Assembly (NCBI GenBank): GCA_014874365.1
Contig: JACWAH010000001.1
Coordinates: 2,314-66,313, forward strand
Direction: 5' to 3'
Length of the DNA stretch: 64,000 bases
Source of the DNA: Thermoplasmatales archaeon
GTDB lineage: Archaea > Thermoplasmatota > Thermoplasmata > Thermoplasmatales > Thermoplasmataceae
The notes below the pieces were generated by a model that was not told the origin of the DNA, did not search any database, and was given only the letters and a program-made list of their open reading frames with translations. Both the position numbers and the translations under genes were made by a program. Positions 1 to 8,726 of the stretch are shown here, one piece after another. Within the stretch, counting starts at the first letter, position 1. Each line of letters opens with the position of its first letter.

Positions 1-306
1 TTTTCGGTAATGACTTTGAAGAATGCGCCATAATACAGAGAAAACCAGAACGAGTTTTTGATTGACTGATTTTTAGCCTGATCAGATGAAAGGACAAAAC
101 CAATTTGAAAGGCCAAATTGCCTTTTTCCTTGATAGATTTAGAATATTGCCAGGACCAAATTTGACTGCACTAATCCGTAAGAAAGCATATAGACTAAAC
201 TTTGGATGAATACTAAATTCTCCGGGCTGTCAGCCTTCCCGTGGCAGCTATTGGTCAGTCATAATAGCCGTCTGGAGTGAAAAAATAGATAAAGGGTATT
301 GATCGT

Positions 307-1255
307 ATGAACAGTTTTGTGGTTGGAATAGATCTTGGAGAAAAGGAAAGCTTAGCATTGTGTATTACACCAGATGGAGACATAAGGCAACAGTTCAAGT
401 TTCCCATTGCCTCTGGTTATTCGGATATAGCTGTGGCACATCCCAGGGAACTTTCATGGATAACAAAGTCAAGGAAGAAGAATGACAGGGGGGATTCGCT
501 GGAACTTGCGAAGCTAAATCTCATCTGGATGATCCCTGAATCCCACTTCCTTGAAGAGTAGGAGAGGATATTCCGGGATCTTCTGATTCAGCGAGTGAAA
601 CTTGGAAAATCTGTTTCTTCAGTGAAGAACAGGATCATCGGTTACCGAAGAGGAAAGACGTATTCAGCAAGCTTCCAGAAACCCGTGACAACTTCTCCAC
701 AGCGAGGTTGAAGGCTATTAAGGGGATCAGATTCGGGAATCAGAAAGACCTGGTTCTGAAGGCGATGCTTGATCGCCTTGAATTCCTTGAGCATCATATT
801 AAACCTCTGGGATACACAGATAAAGAAGATGGCAAAGGAATCCGAGGAGATGAAATTCCTCATGTCCATTCCAGGCATCGATTACTATATCGCTTCCCTG
901 ATCTCATCGTACATCGGTGACATTAAGCAATTTAAGAGCAGTGACAAACTGGCATCATTACGGGCAAAAAGGATTCATCCTCAAAAAAGAGAAGAGACCA
1001 CATGTCAAAGGAGGGTGCACAGACTGCAAGATGGCATTATCAACTGCAGTCGGCACAATCATGATGTTCAATTAACCCATCAGGGAATACTATGTTTCAG
1101 TTTAGAATAAGAAGGAATCCGGAAAGCTTGCACATGTGTCGACCATGCGAAAACGGATCAGGATGATATTCACAGTGCTTACAGAAAGGAAGGAGTGAAA
1201 ATGTGAGAGACGGGCGCTGAAAGTGAACAACCTGTCAAAGCTGGGGGAGGGCTAG
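307..1255 (+). pseudogene. IS110-family transposase, degraded (internal deletion, stops, frameshifts)
   Basis: N-terminus VGIDL...KNDRGD is RuvC-like DEDD. After the TAG at 559-561 the reading continues ERIFRDLLIQRVKLGK. The 769..1110 fragment has LMSIPGIDYYIA..IGDIKQF, and a degraded DSSSKKRRDHMSKEG serine region follows. The C-terminal tail ends near 1255. Confidence 0.85.
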
Positions 1256-1356
1256 GCTGTCAGGATAAACGGGTCAACGGAGAATTGCCAGCGCCCTCAA
1301 AGATCTCATTCAATGAATAATGGAGGTTTTATTACCATGCCAGAATTACCGAACAT

Positions 1357-2697
1357 ATGTTCGGTACTGCCAGAATTAACGCCAGTCCTGAAGATGACAT
1401 TAAGCAACTGCCCGATTCGGAGAGGGTTAAAAAACCAATTTCCCAGTTCTACCTGTGGTTTGGTGCGAATCTTACTATTGCAGACTTTGCCCTTGGTTTT
1501 CTTCCAGTCATCTACTTCAATTTAAATTTCATATACAGCATCCTTTCTCTTTTAATAGGAACTCTGGCAGGTGGAATTTTACTTGCTTCAATGAGCGTCA
1601 TGGGGCCGAAAACAGGGCTGCCGCAAATGATGGTTGGCAAGCACGCTTTTGGCAGAAAGGGTGGCAACGTAATGTCGCTGCTGCAGTGGTTGAATACAAC
1701 CGGCTGGCTTACAGTTAATACCATTATTGCTGCGACAGCCCTTTCAATATTAATTTACACAACCTCAGGATATTTTTTCGTAATTCCCGTTATTGCTGTA
1801 GCAGTACTTGTTTTGCTGCTCGCATATTTCGGGGCTAACCTTATCCATACATTCGAGAAAATAATGTCCGTGGTACTCGGCGCTCTATTTGTTTACCTAG
1901 CAATCTTTACAGTGACAAATTATTCTGTCCCGTTTTACTCAGGCGGTTTTAACCTCGTGGGCTTCGCGTCGACGATAGCACTTTCATTCTCATACATCAT
2001 GAGTTGGGGTCCATACGCCTCTGATTATTCCAGATATGTTAGGCCAGAAAGCCGAGGTACGTTCTCCTTCACTCTCGCCGGGGCAGTCATATCCACCTTT
2101 GCAGTTGAGGTTGTTGGTGTACTAGTAGAGCTTGCAATTCCCACTTATGAGACTGCACCCGGTACTATTGTCTCACTAATGGGGAAGTATGCTGTTATAG
2201 GACTGATAACACTTATTCTTGGAGGACTCGCTGCGAATTCACTCAACCTTTATTCCAATTCCATGTCATTGAAGACATTCGGAATTAAGGCTTCAAGGAA
2301 GCTCATCCTGTTCGTTGTAACCATTATCTCTATTGGTCTGTCAATCCTGGGCTACGCCAACTTCTATCAATATTACCAGGACTTCCTGTACGTACTCGAT
2401 TACTGGATAACTCCTTGGCTGGGAATTATGATCGTTGACTACCTGCTTTCAAGAGGAAATCTGACAAAAGTATCAGACGGATATAATGTCCGGACATTCA
2501 TAGCGTACCTGGTTCCAATAGGCATCTCCATACCGTTCATTAATCCAATATCTCAGCTGGAAGGCCCGATTTCCGTACTGCTTGGCGGAGTGGACATCAG
2601 TTACTTTGTTTCCTTCTCCCTGTCCATGCTTTTTTTCTATATTCTTCGCAGGAAAGACTTCATCGCACCGGGGAAATCTGGATCAACAGATAGCTGA
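1357..2697 (+). CDS. Purine-cytosine permease (NCS1/CodB family)
   Basis: About 12 TM segments, with WFGAN, GPKTGLPQM and SWGPYASDYSRY motifs. Confidence 0.9.
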   Translation: MFGTARINASPEDDIKQLPDSERVKKPISQFYLWFGANLTIADFALGFLPVIYFNLNFIYSILSLLIGTLAGGILLASMSVMGPKTGLPQMMVGKHAFGRKGGNVMSLLQWLNTTGWLTVNTIIAATALSILIYTTSGYFFVIPVIAVAVLVLLLAYFGANLIHTFEKIMSVVLGALFVYLAIFTVTNYSVPFYSGGFNLVGFASTIALSFSYIMSWGPYASDYSRYVRPESRGTFSFTLAGAVISTFAVEVVGVLVELAIPTYETAPGTIVSLMGKYAVIGLITLILGGLAANSLNLYSNSMSLKTFGIKASRKLILFVVTIISIGLSILGYANFYQYYQDFLYVLDYWITPWLGIMIVDYLLSRGNLTKVSDGYNVRTFIAYLVPIGISIPFINPISQLEGPISVLLGGVDISYFVSFSLSMLFFYILRRKDFIAPGKSGSTDS

Positions 2698-2759
2698 ACA
2701 TGCATCGCGGCTAAAAATGGTGAGTAAAAGAATTAAACTGATGTGCATGATCCTGGAAG

Positions 2760-3245
2760 ATGATACTTTCTGACTCGACAATAAATGAACTGGTCAAGGG
2801 GGGAAAGCTCATTTCTCGAAACTTCAGCCCGCAATCGTTGACGCCAAACGGATATGATCTGCGCGTTGGTACCATAAAAGGCTCATCCGGCAATATAACT
2901 GACCATGCAGAGATTGAGCCAGCTGAACACTTTCTCGTTTCATCCCAGGAGGAAATTTATTGTCCCACCGACGTGTGTGCCCAGATGTTCACAAGGTCAT
3001 CCTATGCGCGTAAGGGGATTATTGGCAGCTATGGGTTTGTTGACGCTGGATTCAGAGGTGAACTAACGCTCGCATTTTACAATTCCTCGAATGAGGTCTT
3101 CTCGCTTAAAGCGGGAGAACGGATTGCACAGATTATTTTCCATCGCATTGACCGGGAAGTTGAACAGAGTTATGAAAAGAGGTCCGGAAACTACCAGAAC
3201 AGTTCAGGAATCACTCTTAGCAGGGACACTTCCAAAGGGAACTGA
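2760..3245 (+). CDS. dcd: dCTP deaminase (trimeric dUTPase superfamily)
   Basis: MILSD start, PNGYDLR, RSSYARKG, VDAGFRGELTL, GERIAQIIF and YQ C-terminal motifs. Confidence 0.9.
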   Translation: MILSDSTINELVKGGKLISRNFSPQSLTPNGYDLRVGTIKGSSGNITDHAEIEPAEHFLVSSQEEIYCPTDVCAQMFTRSSYARKGIIGSYGFVDAGFRGELTLAFYNSSNEVFSLKAGERIAQIIFHRIDREVEQSYEKRSGNYQNSSGITLSRDTSKGN

Positions 3246-4142
3246 ATATTCCAGCAGTTCCTTGGAGAGATAGGATTCCTGGAATATTGTTCTTGCCTCC
3301 TTCTCAAGGACGCGAAGATCTCCTATTCTGGGACTGTAGTGGAATAAATAAAATCTCTTCACGTTTGCAGCCTTTGCAATCGACGCAGCCTGTCCTGACG
3401 AACAGTGCCCAAATTCGTTCACCTTAGGCTCAAACGAGGAATCAGTCGTTGTCTCGTGAATCAGTACATCTGCATCCTTTGCAAAGCCTGACATTTCGTC
3501 CTGCATGGGCCTCGTATCACCCGAGTAAACAACGGATCTCCCCTTCCTGATTCCCGCAGAAATCTGGTCTAAGGTGTATTTTATCCCTTTGTGTTCGGTA
3601 AAACCATTTTTCCTGATCGTTTCAATCAGTTTGTCCGGAACTCCCAGAGCATCAACTTTGCTCCTGTCTATTTTGACCAAGTCCTTTTCATTGAATCTGT
3701 AAGAGTATGCGGGCACAGGGTGATCTGCCTTCATAGCGGTTACGGTAAATTCGCCCAGATCATATTCCGTTCCAGGGTCAAGTTCCCTTACAGTGATGTC
3801 AAAATTTAGCCTGTAATACCCAACTGAAAGTGCGTTTGACAGGATCCTTGATCCCATTTCAGGGCAGAAAACGGTCAGTGGTTTCTTCCTGTCGTTGAAG
3901 GACATGCTCTGGACCAGGCCTATCAGCCCGATGAAATGGTCTCCATGAAAGTGAGAGATGAATACATTGTCAATGTCCATAAAGGAAAGGGCACTTTTCA
4001 TCAGCTGTTTTTGCGTCCCCTCTCCACAATCCAAAAGGTTTACAACACTGTCAACCTGAAGCACGATAGCGGGCATTGCACGACCCGGGGTAGGCCAGGA
4101 ACCGCCAGTTCCAAGAAAAGTTAACTTGAAGAGGGAAGCCAT
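3204..4142 (-). CDS. rnz: Ribonuclease Z
   Basis: LTFLGTGG, DCGEGTQ, SHFHGDH, YSGDTRP, HET, GHCS and HYSPR motifs, plus an exosite arm. Confidence 0.95.
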   Translation of the reverse strand: MASLFKLTFLGTGGSWPTPGRAMPAIVLQVDSVVNLLDCGEGTQKQLMKSALSFMDIDNVFISHFHGDHFIGLIGLVQSMSFNDRKKPLTVFCPEMGSRILSNALSVGYYRLNFDITVRELDPGTEYDLGEFTVTAMKADHPVPAYSYRFNEKDLVKIDRSKVDALGVPDKLIETIRKNGFTEHKGIKYTLDQISAGIRKGRSVVYSGDTRPMQDEMSGFAKDADVLIHETTTDSSFEPKVNEFGHCSSGQAASIAKAANVKRFYLFHYSPRIGDLRVLEKEARTIFQESYLSKELLEYSVPFGSVPAKSDS

Positions 4143-4164
4143 CGTTCAATATGAGTATGTTCCA

Positions 4165-4581
4165 TTAATATCTTGCATGCCTCCTGATCTGGAGGGAAAC
4201 CGGCCTTGGGGATACCGCCCTTTCAACTACGGAAGGCAGGTCTTCAACTGAATTGATCCTGAGTTTTTCCCTGGCGTAATCCCACATACCTGTGTCAACG
4301 GAAGTTCCCAAACTCACAAGCAGGCTTTTTAGCGATTCCTTGAGTTTTATGCCTTTCCTATCCATGTCAGTAAGCAGAATGATTTCCCTGTGGTTCCTGG
4401 CTACGGACTCTGAGAAACCCATCAGGCTCAACCCGGAATTCAGCTTGATTATTTCACCAGAAAAACCAAGATACCGCAGGCTACGTATATCATTATCACC
4501 CTCAACGATAATCGGTGCGGTGCGGTTTTTCTCCTGATACTTTTCAAGGAATTCGGCTAACCTGCCTCTTTCCGGTGGCAT
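4165..4581 (-). CDS. Small Toprim-domain protein
   Basis: IIVEGDND and LTDMDRKG Toprim motifs. Confidence 0.85.
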   Translation of the reverse strand: MPPERGRLAEFLEKYQEKNRTAPIIVEGDNDIRSLRYLGFSGEIIKLNSGLSLMGFSESVARNHREIILLTDMDRKGIKLKESLKSLLVSLGTSVDTGMWDYAREKLRINSVEDLPSVVERAVSPRPVSLQIRRHARY

Positions 4582-4615
4582 GGATCGCCTATTCTAACCA
4601 TTGAATAAAAACTCT

Positions 4616-4674
4616 CTGTTTTCTCTTGAGGGGGTTTAACCAACGCATTATTTTTCTGTGCTCAATTATGAATG
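4616..4674. repeat. Direct repeat copy 1 (left boundary of the viperin islet)
   Basis: ctgttttctcttgagggggtttaaccaacgcattatttttctgtgctcaattatgaatg. By manual alignment it is 54/60 identical to 7837-7896, and the 43-bp core 4632-4674 is 41/43. Confidence 0.9.
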
Positions 4675-4955
4675 GACAATTTCTAACAATCTTTTAAATT
4701 TTGCATATTCATTGCTATTTCTGCGACATCCAGATAAAGTCGCGGGCTAAGTCAACATGAAACTGTTTTTCCTATCGTTTCTTTTCCCATATTCTATCCT
4801 TTCCCACGGGATTTCCATAGCTCACGCTATGATCCTCTTTTTTTCACCCATATGAAACAGATCAGGTTGTGTCCCGGGCACATGAACATGTTCTTGACCC
4901 TCACTCTCGGTATCGTAGTAACGAATACATGACCGTCATGGAATATTCCCTTCAT
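4675..4955 (-). mobile_element. IS5-family element remnant (transposase C-terminus plus putative terminal IR)
   Basis: The minus frame reads KGIFHDGHVFVTTIPRVRVKNMFMCPGHNL, resembling archaeal IS5 transposase C-termini. The end gacaatttctaacaa (4675-4689) matches the reverse complement of 19800-19814 at 14/15. Confidence 0.6.
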
Positions 4956-5296
4956 GACGGAATCCCACTGGACTCCGCAGAAGATCAGGGTGCACATGTT
5001 CTTCTCACTTATGACATATCTCTTCCTTATTCTCATTCGTTACAGGATGCACAGCATTGATCAATCCATATCATTGCAATCCGTACAGAATATACTCTCT
5101 GATGTCAGACTGCAGTATATCATATCCGGTAAGAGTGTCAGGAAGAAGCTTGACTCCAGGAATCCGGATGCACTCTGCATGGCAGAGAGGCTGAACCTCA
5201 TATCAGTGTGATATGCACTACTGGAGATGTTGAGAGGGCAGCCTCTCTAATTGCCTATCTGGAATCTATCAGCGTTAAAAATCGTGTAAACTCAAG
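4954..5296 (+). mobile_element. IS1634-like transposase C-terminal remnant with putative right end
   Basis: HWTPQKIRVHMFFSLMTYLFL resembles the IS1634 HW-x3-IRxHxF signature. The putative terminal IR gtgtaaactcaag ends at 5296. Confidence 0.65.
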
Positions 5297-5341
5297 ATAG
5301 TATAGAAATAAGATTAATATATGTGATAGTAATAAATTCAC

Positions 5342-5441
5342 AGGTAGATCGCTTAACCTCATACGGGTCTGGCCTGAGTTAGAACCACCGAAGACGGTGA
5401 AAGCCAAAAAAAGCGATTATTGCCTAAGATGGTGGCGGTTC
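5342..5441 (+). ncRNA. Candidate structured small RNA upstream of viperin
   Basis: Relatively GC-rich patch in AT-rich DNA, with a TATA-like ttaatata about 25 nt upstream. Closing stem aggtagatcgctt/aagcgattattgcct, internal hairpins aacctca/tgagtt and caccg-aaga-cggtg. Hand-folded only. Confidence 0.35.
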
Positions 5442-5828
5442 ATAAATTGAAACATAAAGCGAAAAACTAGACTTAATTACGTCATATTAGTGGGAATAGA
5501 TACCTTTGTCAAATAACGGTTTTTGTAAAATGCGGAATATTATAAATTAAACGGTTGCATTTAACGAAAGATGGAGTCATTTAGATTGATTAGTTCAATT
5601 TGAAAGCGGTACTTCAAGACTGAGCATAACCATATAATCATTCGACAAGATGGTAAGTAAACTAGGATGCATAATTTGCTATATGTATAATGAGTTGCCA
5701 TCAGCATATTAGATTGAGTATTTTTGTGAATTTGTAATTTAGTATATAGTCTCATCTGTCTGGGACATTTGTATTTTTAGAAATTTCAGGTGGATACAAT
5801 TTTGTGAACTGTCGCCGGGAGGATAAAA

Positions 5829-6740
5829 ATGTCAAGAGAAAAAGAGGTAAAAACCTCGGAAAAAACTGGCGACTTTGTCGCAAACAGATCGAGAGATCTC
5901 AGCAGCAATACAAATAGGACGGTAAGAAAAATAGAATCTGTAAATTGGCACTTATGGGAAAGTTGTAATTACAAATGCAAATTCTGCTTTGCTACGTTTA
6001 AAGGCATTAAGGAGAGATTGCCCAAACAAGACGCGTTATTAATTCCGGGCTTGCTGGCAAACGCTGGAATCAGGAAGATTAACTTTGTTGGCGGTGAACC
6101 GCTTCTCTGTCCATACATTAGCGACCTGTTATCCATTTCTAAGAACTTAGGAATGGTAGTCTCTGTAGTCACGAATGCGACTTTGCTAACAAAGGATTTC
6201 CTGGAACATAATGCGCGTTATCTTAATTGGGTTGGCATAAGCATTGACTCTTCCAGTGAGATGACGGAAAAAGCGTTAGGAAGAGGAACTGGAAAACATA
6301 TAGAAATGGCAGTATCTCGCGCAAAAATGGTGAAGCAGTTCGGAATTAGGCTCAAGATCAACACAGTTGTCACGAGCTTGAATTACCTCGATGACATGGG
6401 GCCACTTATCTCTGCTCTTCAACCAGATAGATGGAAGGTTTTCCAGTTGCTTCTCATTGCAGGGGAGAATGACATCACAGCAGGAAACCTTCTGGCCACA
6501 AGTGAACAATTTAAAGAATTCGTAACGAGACACAAGCAGTTCAAACCAATCGTAGAGGACAACAATGCTATGACTGGATCATACCTTATGGTTGATCCAC
6601 TTGGTCGCTTTTTCCAGAACTGGGATAATAAGTACGTTAGAAGCGATCCTATCACTTCCGTGGGTGTTTCGCACGCAATCGAGCAGGTTGGATGGGACAA
6701 GCACAAATACATCAAAAGGGGAGGGAGTTACGAATGGTAG
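5829..6740 (+). CDS. Prokaryotic viperin (pVip; RSAD2-like radical SAM ddhNTP synthase)
   Basis: SVNWHLWESCNYKCKFCF (CxxxCxxC), KINFVGGEP, SVVTN, GISIDS, KINTVV, RWKVFQ.L...EN and NNAMTGSYLMVDPLGRFF all follow viperin motif order. SD gggagga lies upstream. Confidence 0.93.
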   Translation: MSREKEVKTSEKTGDFVANRSRDLSSNTNRTVRKIESVNWHLWESCNYKCKFCFATFKGIKERLPKQDALLIPGLLANAGIRKINFVGGEPLLCPYISDLLSISKNLGMVVSVVTNATLLTKDFLEHNARYLNWVGISIDSSSEMTEKALGRGTGKHIEMAVSRAKMVKQFGIRLKINTVVTSLNYLDDMGPLISALQPDRWKVFQLLLIAGENDITAGNLLATSEQFKEFVTRHKQFKPIVEDNNAMTGSYLMVDPLGRFFQNWDNKYVRSDPITSVGVSHAIEQVGWDKHKYIKRGGSYEW

Positions 6741-7324
6741 ATCTCGTTTACCAATTCCTTCCACACAGCAAAGCGTCGATTTTTGTGGATGGTCCCAACT
6801 TTTATGTTGGATCAGTTCACTTCATTAGAAATAATAACTTGGACAATAGCCCAACGGATATTCTTTTTGGGATTGTTAATTACTATAGCGAGCACCATAA
6901 AATAGAAGGAATGGAATACTTTGAAAGCCTTGCACCTATGAAAGACCCAAGAAGGTATGCAGGGCAGAGCAGATATCTTGAACAGGTCAGGAAATACGGA
7001 TTCTTAGTTCATTCAACACTTCCTGCAGAGTTCATTAATCCTTATACCGGCTCAATAGAGTACAAAGAAAAAGGTGTAGATACCGGATTGAGTGCACGAA
7101 TGACACGATTAGCGGCGGAGGGTAAGTACGAAACTGCAATTGTGATCGGTGGCGATGGGGATCTCTACGAACCCATAATGGAAGTTATTGACATTGGTAA
7201 AAATGTGGAACACACTTACTACACCGAAGATCTGAGCCACAGATTCGAGAATATTCTACATGAGAAGTATTGTTTTACCACTATACGCAGCATACTTTCA
7301 GATTCTATCTTTGTAACATATTAG
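6734..7324 (+). CDS. NYN-domain (LabA/DUF88, PIN-like) putative ribonuclease
   Basis: IFVDGPN, EKGVD and IVIGGDGDL acidic motifs. The ATG at 6734 overlaps the viperin 3' end, with SD ggaggga inside viperin. Confidence 0.88.
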   Translation: MVDLVYQFLPHSKASIFVDGPNFYVGSVHFIRNNNLDNSPTDILFGIVNYYSEHHKIEGMEYFESLAPMKDPRRYAGQSRYLEQVRKYGFLVHSTLPAEFINPYTGSIEYKEKGVDTGLSARMTRLAAEGKYETAIVIGGDGDLYEPIMEVIDIGKNVEHTYYTEDLSHRFENILHEKYCFTTIRSILSDSIFVTY

Positions 7325-7800
7325 TGTTATACTTAGCGTCCTTCTATGAAGAAGGTCTTTGGACATTCTCCCGAGACCTTTTTCCTTTTTTATTTTTATT
7401 GCCGCGTCCTGTTTCACTGTTCTCACCGGACTCTTTGATCTTTCAGACATGGCCTTCATCTTTCTTTCAGTGAGTATGTCAATACTATCAATGAATTCCA
7501 TGTTCCTGAAGGGCATCACGTATATTGTTCCTAGGCCGAAACAAATTGAATCGCTTAGCCTTGAATGTAGAGGATATAAACGAAACAAAATGTCCTTTGA
7601 TAAATGGTATCCCGAATCTTATGTATTTATAAAGGATACCTAGACTGGAACATTCTCCCATGGCCTGGTATCAGGTATAAGTATTACACAAAATTCGGAT
7701 ACTATCGGATACAAGAATGGGATTCTTACAGGAAGTTAAAACTCTTAACTTCGAAATTTAAGTATTCCTTGGGTTCAAGCCCGTAATTAGTCTTTCCATT
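7298..7800 (-). pseudogene. Possible degraded gene of unknown function
   Basis: The 7298..7588 ORF seems to extend upstream through in-frame stops. No family recognised. Confidence 0.25.
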
Positions 7801-7836
7801 GGCGCCAATATTAGCGTGGAGGGCGCTTTTCATCAG

Positions 7837-7896
7837 CTGTTTTCGCATGAGTTGGGTTTAACCAACGCATTATTTCTCTGTGCCCAATTATGAATG
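7837..7896. repeat. Direct repeat copy 2 (right boundary of the viperin islet)
   Basis: ctgttttcgcatgagttgggtttaaccaacgcattatttctctgtgcccaattatgaatg matches 4616-4674. Confidence 0.9.
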
Positions 7897-7998
7897 ATAA
7901 GTTTTTATGTTACGAACTTGAACAGATAACTGTAGAATTCCACATTGGAATTACCTTCATTTAGCTTCGACAGCGAGCTAAACGCATTTTATCCAGGG

Positions 7999-8523
7999 TC
8001 AAAGATCATAGAATTCCACTATTCTTCGGGCAGATTCCTCTGGTGCAGTTATGGAAGTGTCTATAGAGAGACTTTTGAGGAAGGGAATTCTGGTTATATT
8101 GTACCTTGACATTAATTTCAGCAATTCATCTCTATCTGTCAGTTTCAAATGATTATTCCGTGAAGATTCGCCTATCCTTTGCAAGAGCGTTTCTATCGGG
8201 CAGAAAAGGTACACGAACATCACCTTCCCTCCTGCATCAGTGATTACATCGATTATTTTCTTCACATATTCATCATCTTCGTTCAGGGCATAGACAAAAG
8301 TAAATATGATATCAACAGAATTGATCGCAGCCTCACGAAATATGTCCAATCGCAGGTTGTACACAATCCTCTTGAAAGGGGGAGACCCAAAAGGAAAAAC
8401 AGCTGCTGCTGCCAGGTTAGTGATATTATTCTGAAGCAGTTTGTATCCCGTTTTTTCGCTCAGGATTTCAGCCACCGTTAACTTTCCCGCTGCAGGTGGG
8501 CCATATATGAATACAAGATTCAT
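7999..8523 (-). CDS. P-loop small-molecule/nucleotide kinase (shikimate/NMP-kinase-like fold)
   Basis: LVFIYGPPAAGKLT Walker A, LLQRI...R lid region and SIDTS..APEESARRI C-terminus. Confidence 0.8.
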   Translation of the reverse strand: MNLVFIYGPPAAGKLTVAEILSEKTGYKLLQNNITNLAAAAVFPFGSPPFKRIVYNLRLDIFREAAINSVDIIFTFVYALNEDDEYVKKIIDVITDAGGKVMFVYLFCPIETLLQRIGESSRNNHLKLTDRDELLKLMSRYNITRIPFLKSLSIDTSITAPEESARRIVEFYDL

Positions 8524-8657
8524 TTTGGTCCATAATGCATTGGAATATTAACGGTATCTAATACCCGTGAATGTCAAATTCCAGCAACAATATGCATGTT
8601 CGTCAGGAGTTAGAACGAATTTCTTATATATCGGTAAGAATTTGCTTAATGGTCAAC

Positions 8658-8726
8658 ATGGTAAGCGCAAGAAGAAGAGATTTCGATGATGACAGCGACA
8701 CCGACGAAGAAGATGACGATTTCTAA
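8658..8726 (+). CDS. Candidate 22-aa acidic micropeptide MVSARRRDFDDDSDTDEEDDDF
   Basis: TATA ttatatat about 30 nt upstream fits a leaderless mRNA, and a T-tract follows the stop. An alternative in-frame ATG is at 8649. Confidence 0.5.
   Translation: MVSARRRDFDDDSDTDEEDDDF

Noticed and set aside
1204..1308. gggcgctg/cagcgccc stem as an IS110 right-end RNA
   Set aside because: The 5' arm lies within the decayed transposase C-terminal coding region, so the pairing may be chance.
2760..3245. dCTP deaminase as part of the viperin defence locus (nucleotide depletion)
   Set aside because: It is the housekeeping trimeric Dcd fold, not the kinase + Zn-deaminase anti-phage type, and it lies outside the repeats.
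4632..4674. Integron attC site (GTTTAAC fits RYYYAAC)
   Set aside because: Neither copy has a properly placed GTTRRRY partner, and no integron integrase is in the window.
5370..5406. Hammerhead ribozyme or c-di-GMP riboswitch identity for the candidate RNA
   Set aside because: It has CUGA and GAAA but lacks the CUGANGA core spacing and the riboswitch consensus. Left unclassified.
5438..5608. CRISPR-repeat-like ends (gttcataaattgaaac; gttcaatttgaaag)
   Set aside because: Only the last few bases resemble each other. There is no regular spacing, no array and no cas gene.
7768..7785. tRNA T-arm-like gggttcaagccc as an integration-site fragment
   Set aside because: Loop length is wrong, and there is no acceptor stem or cloverleaf around it.
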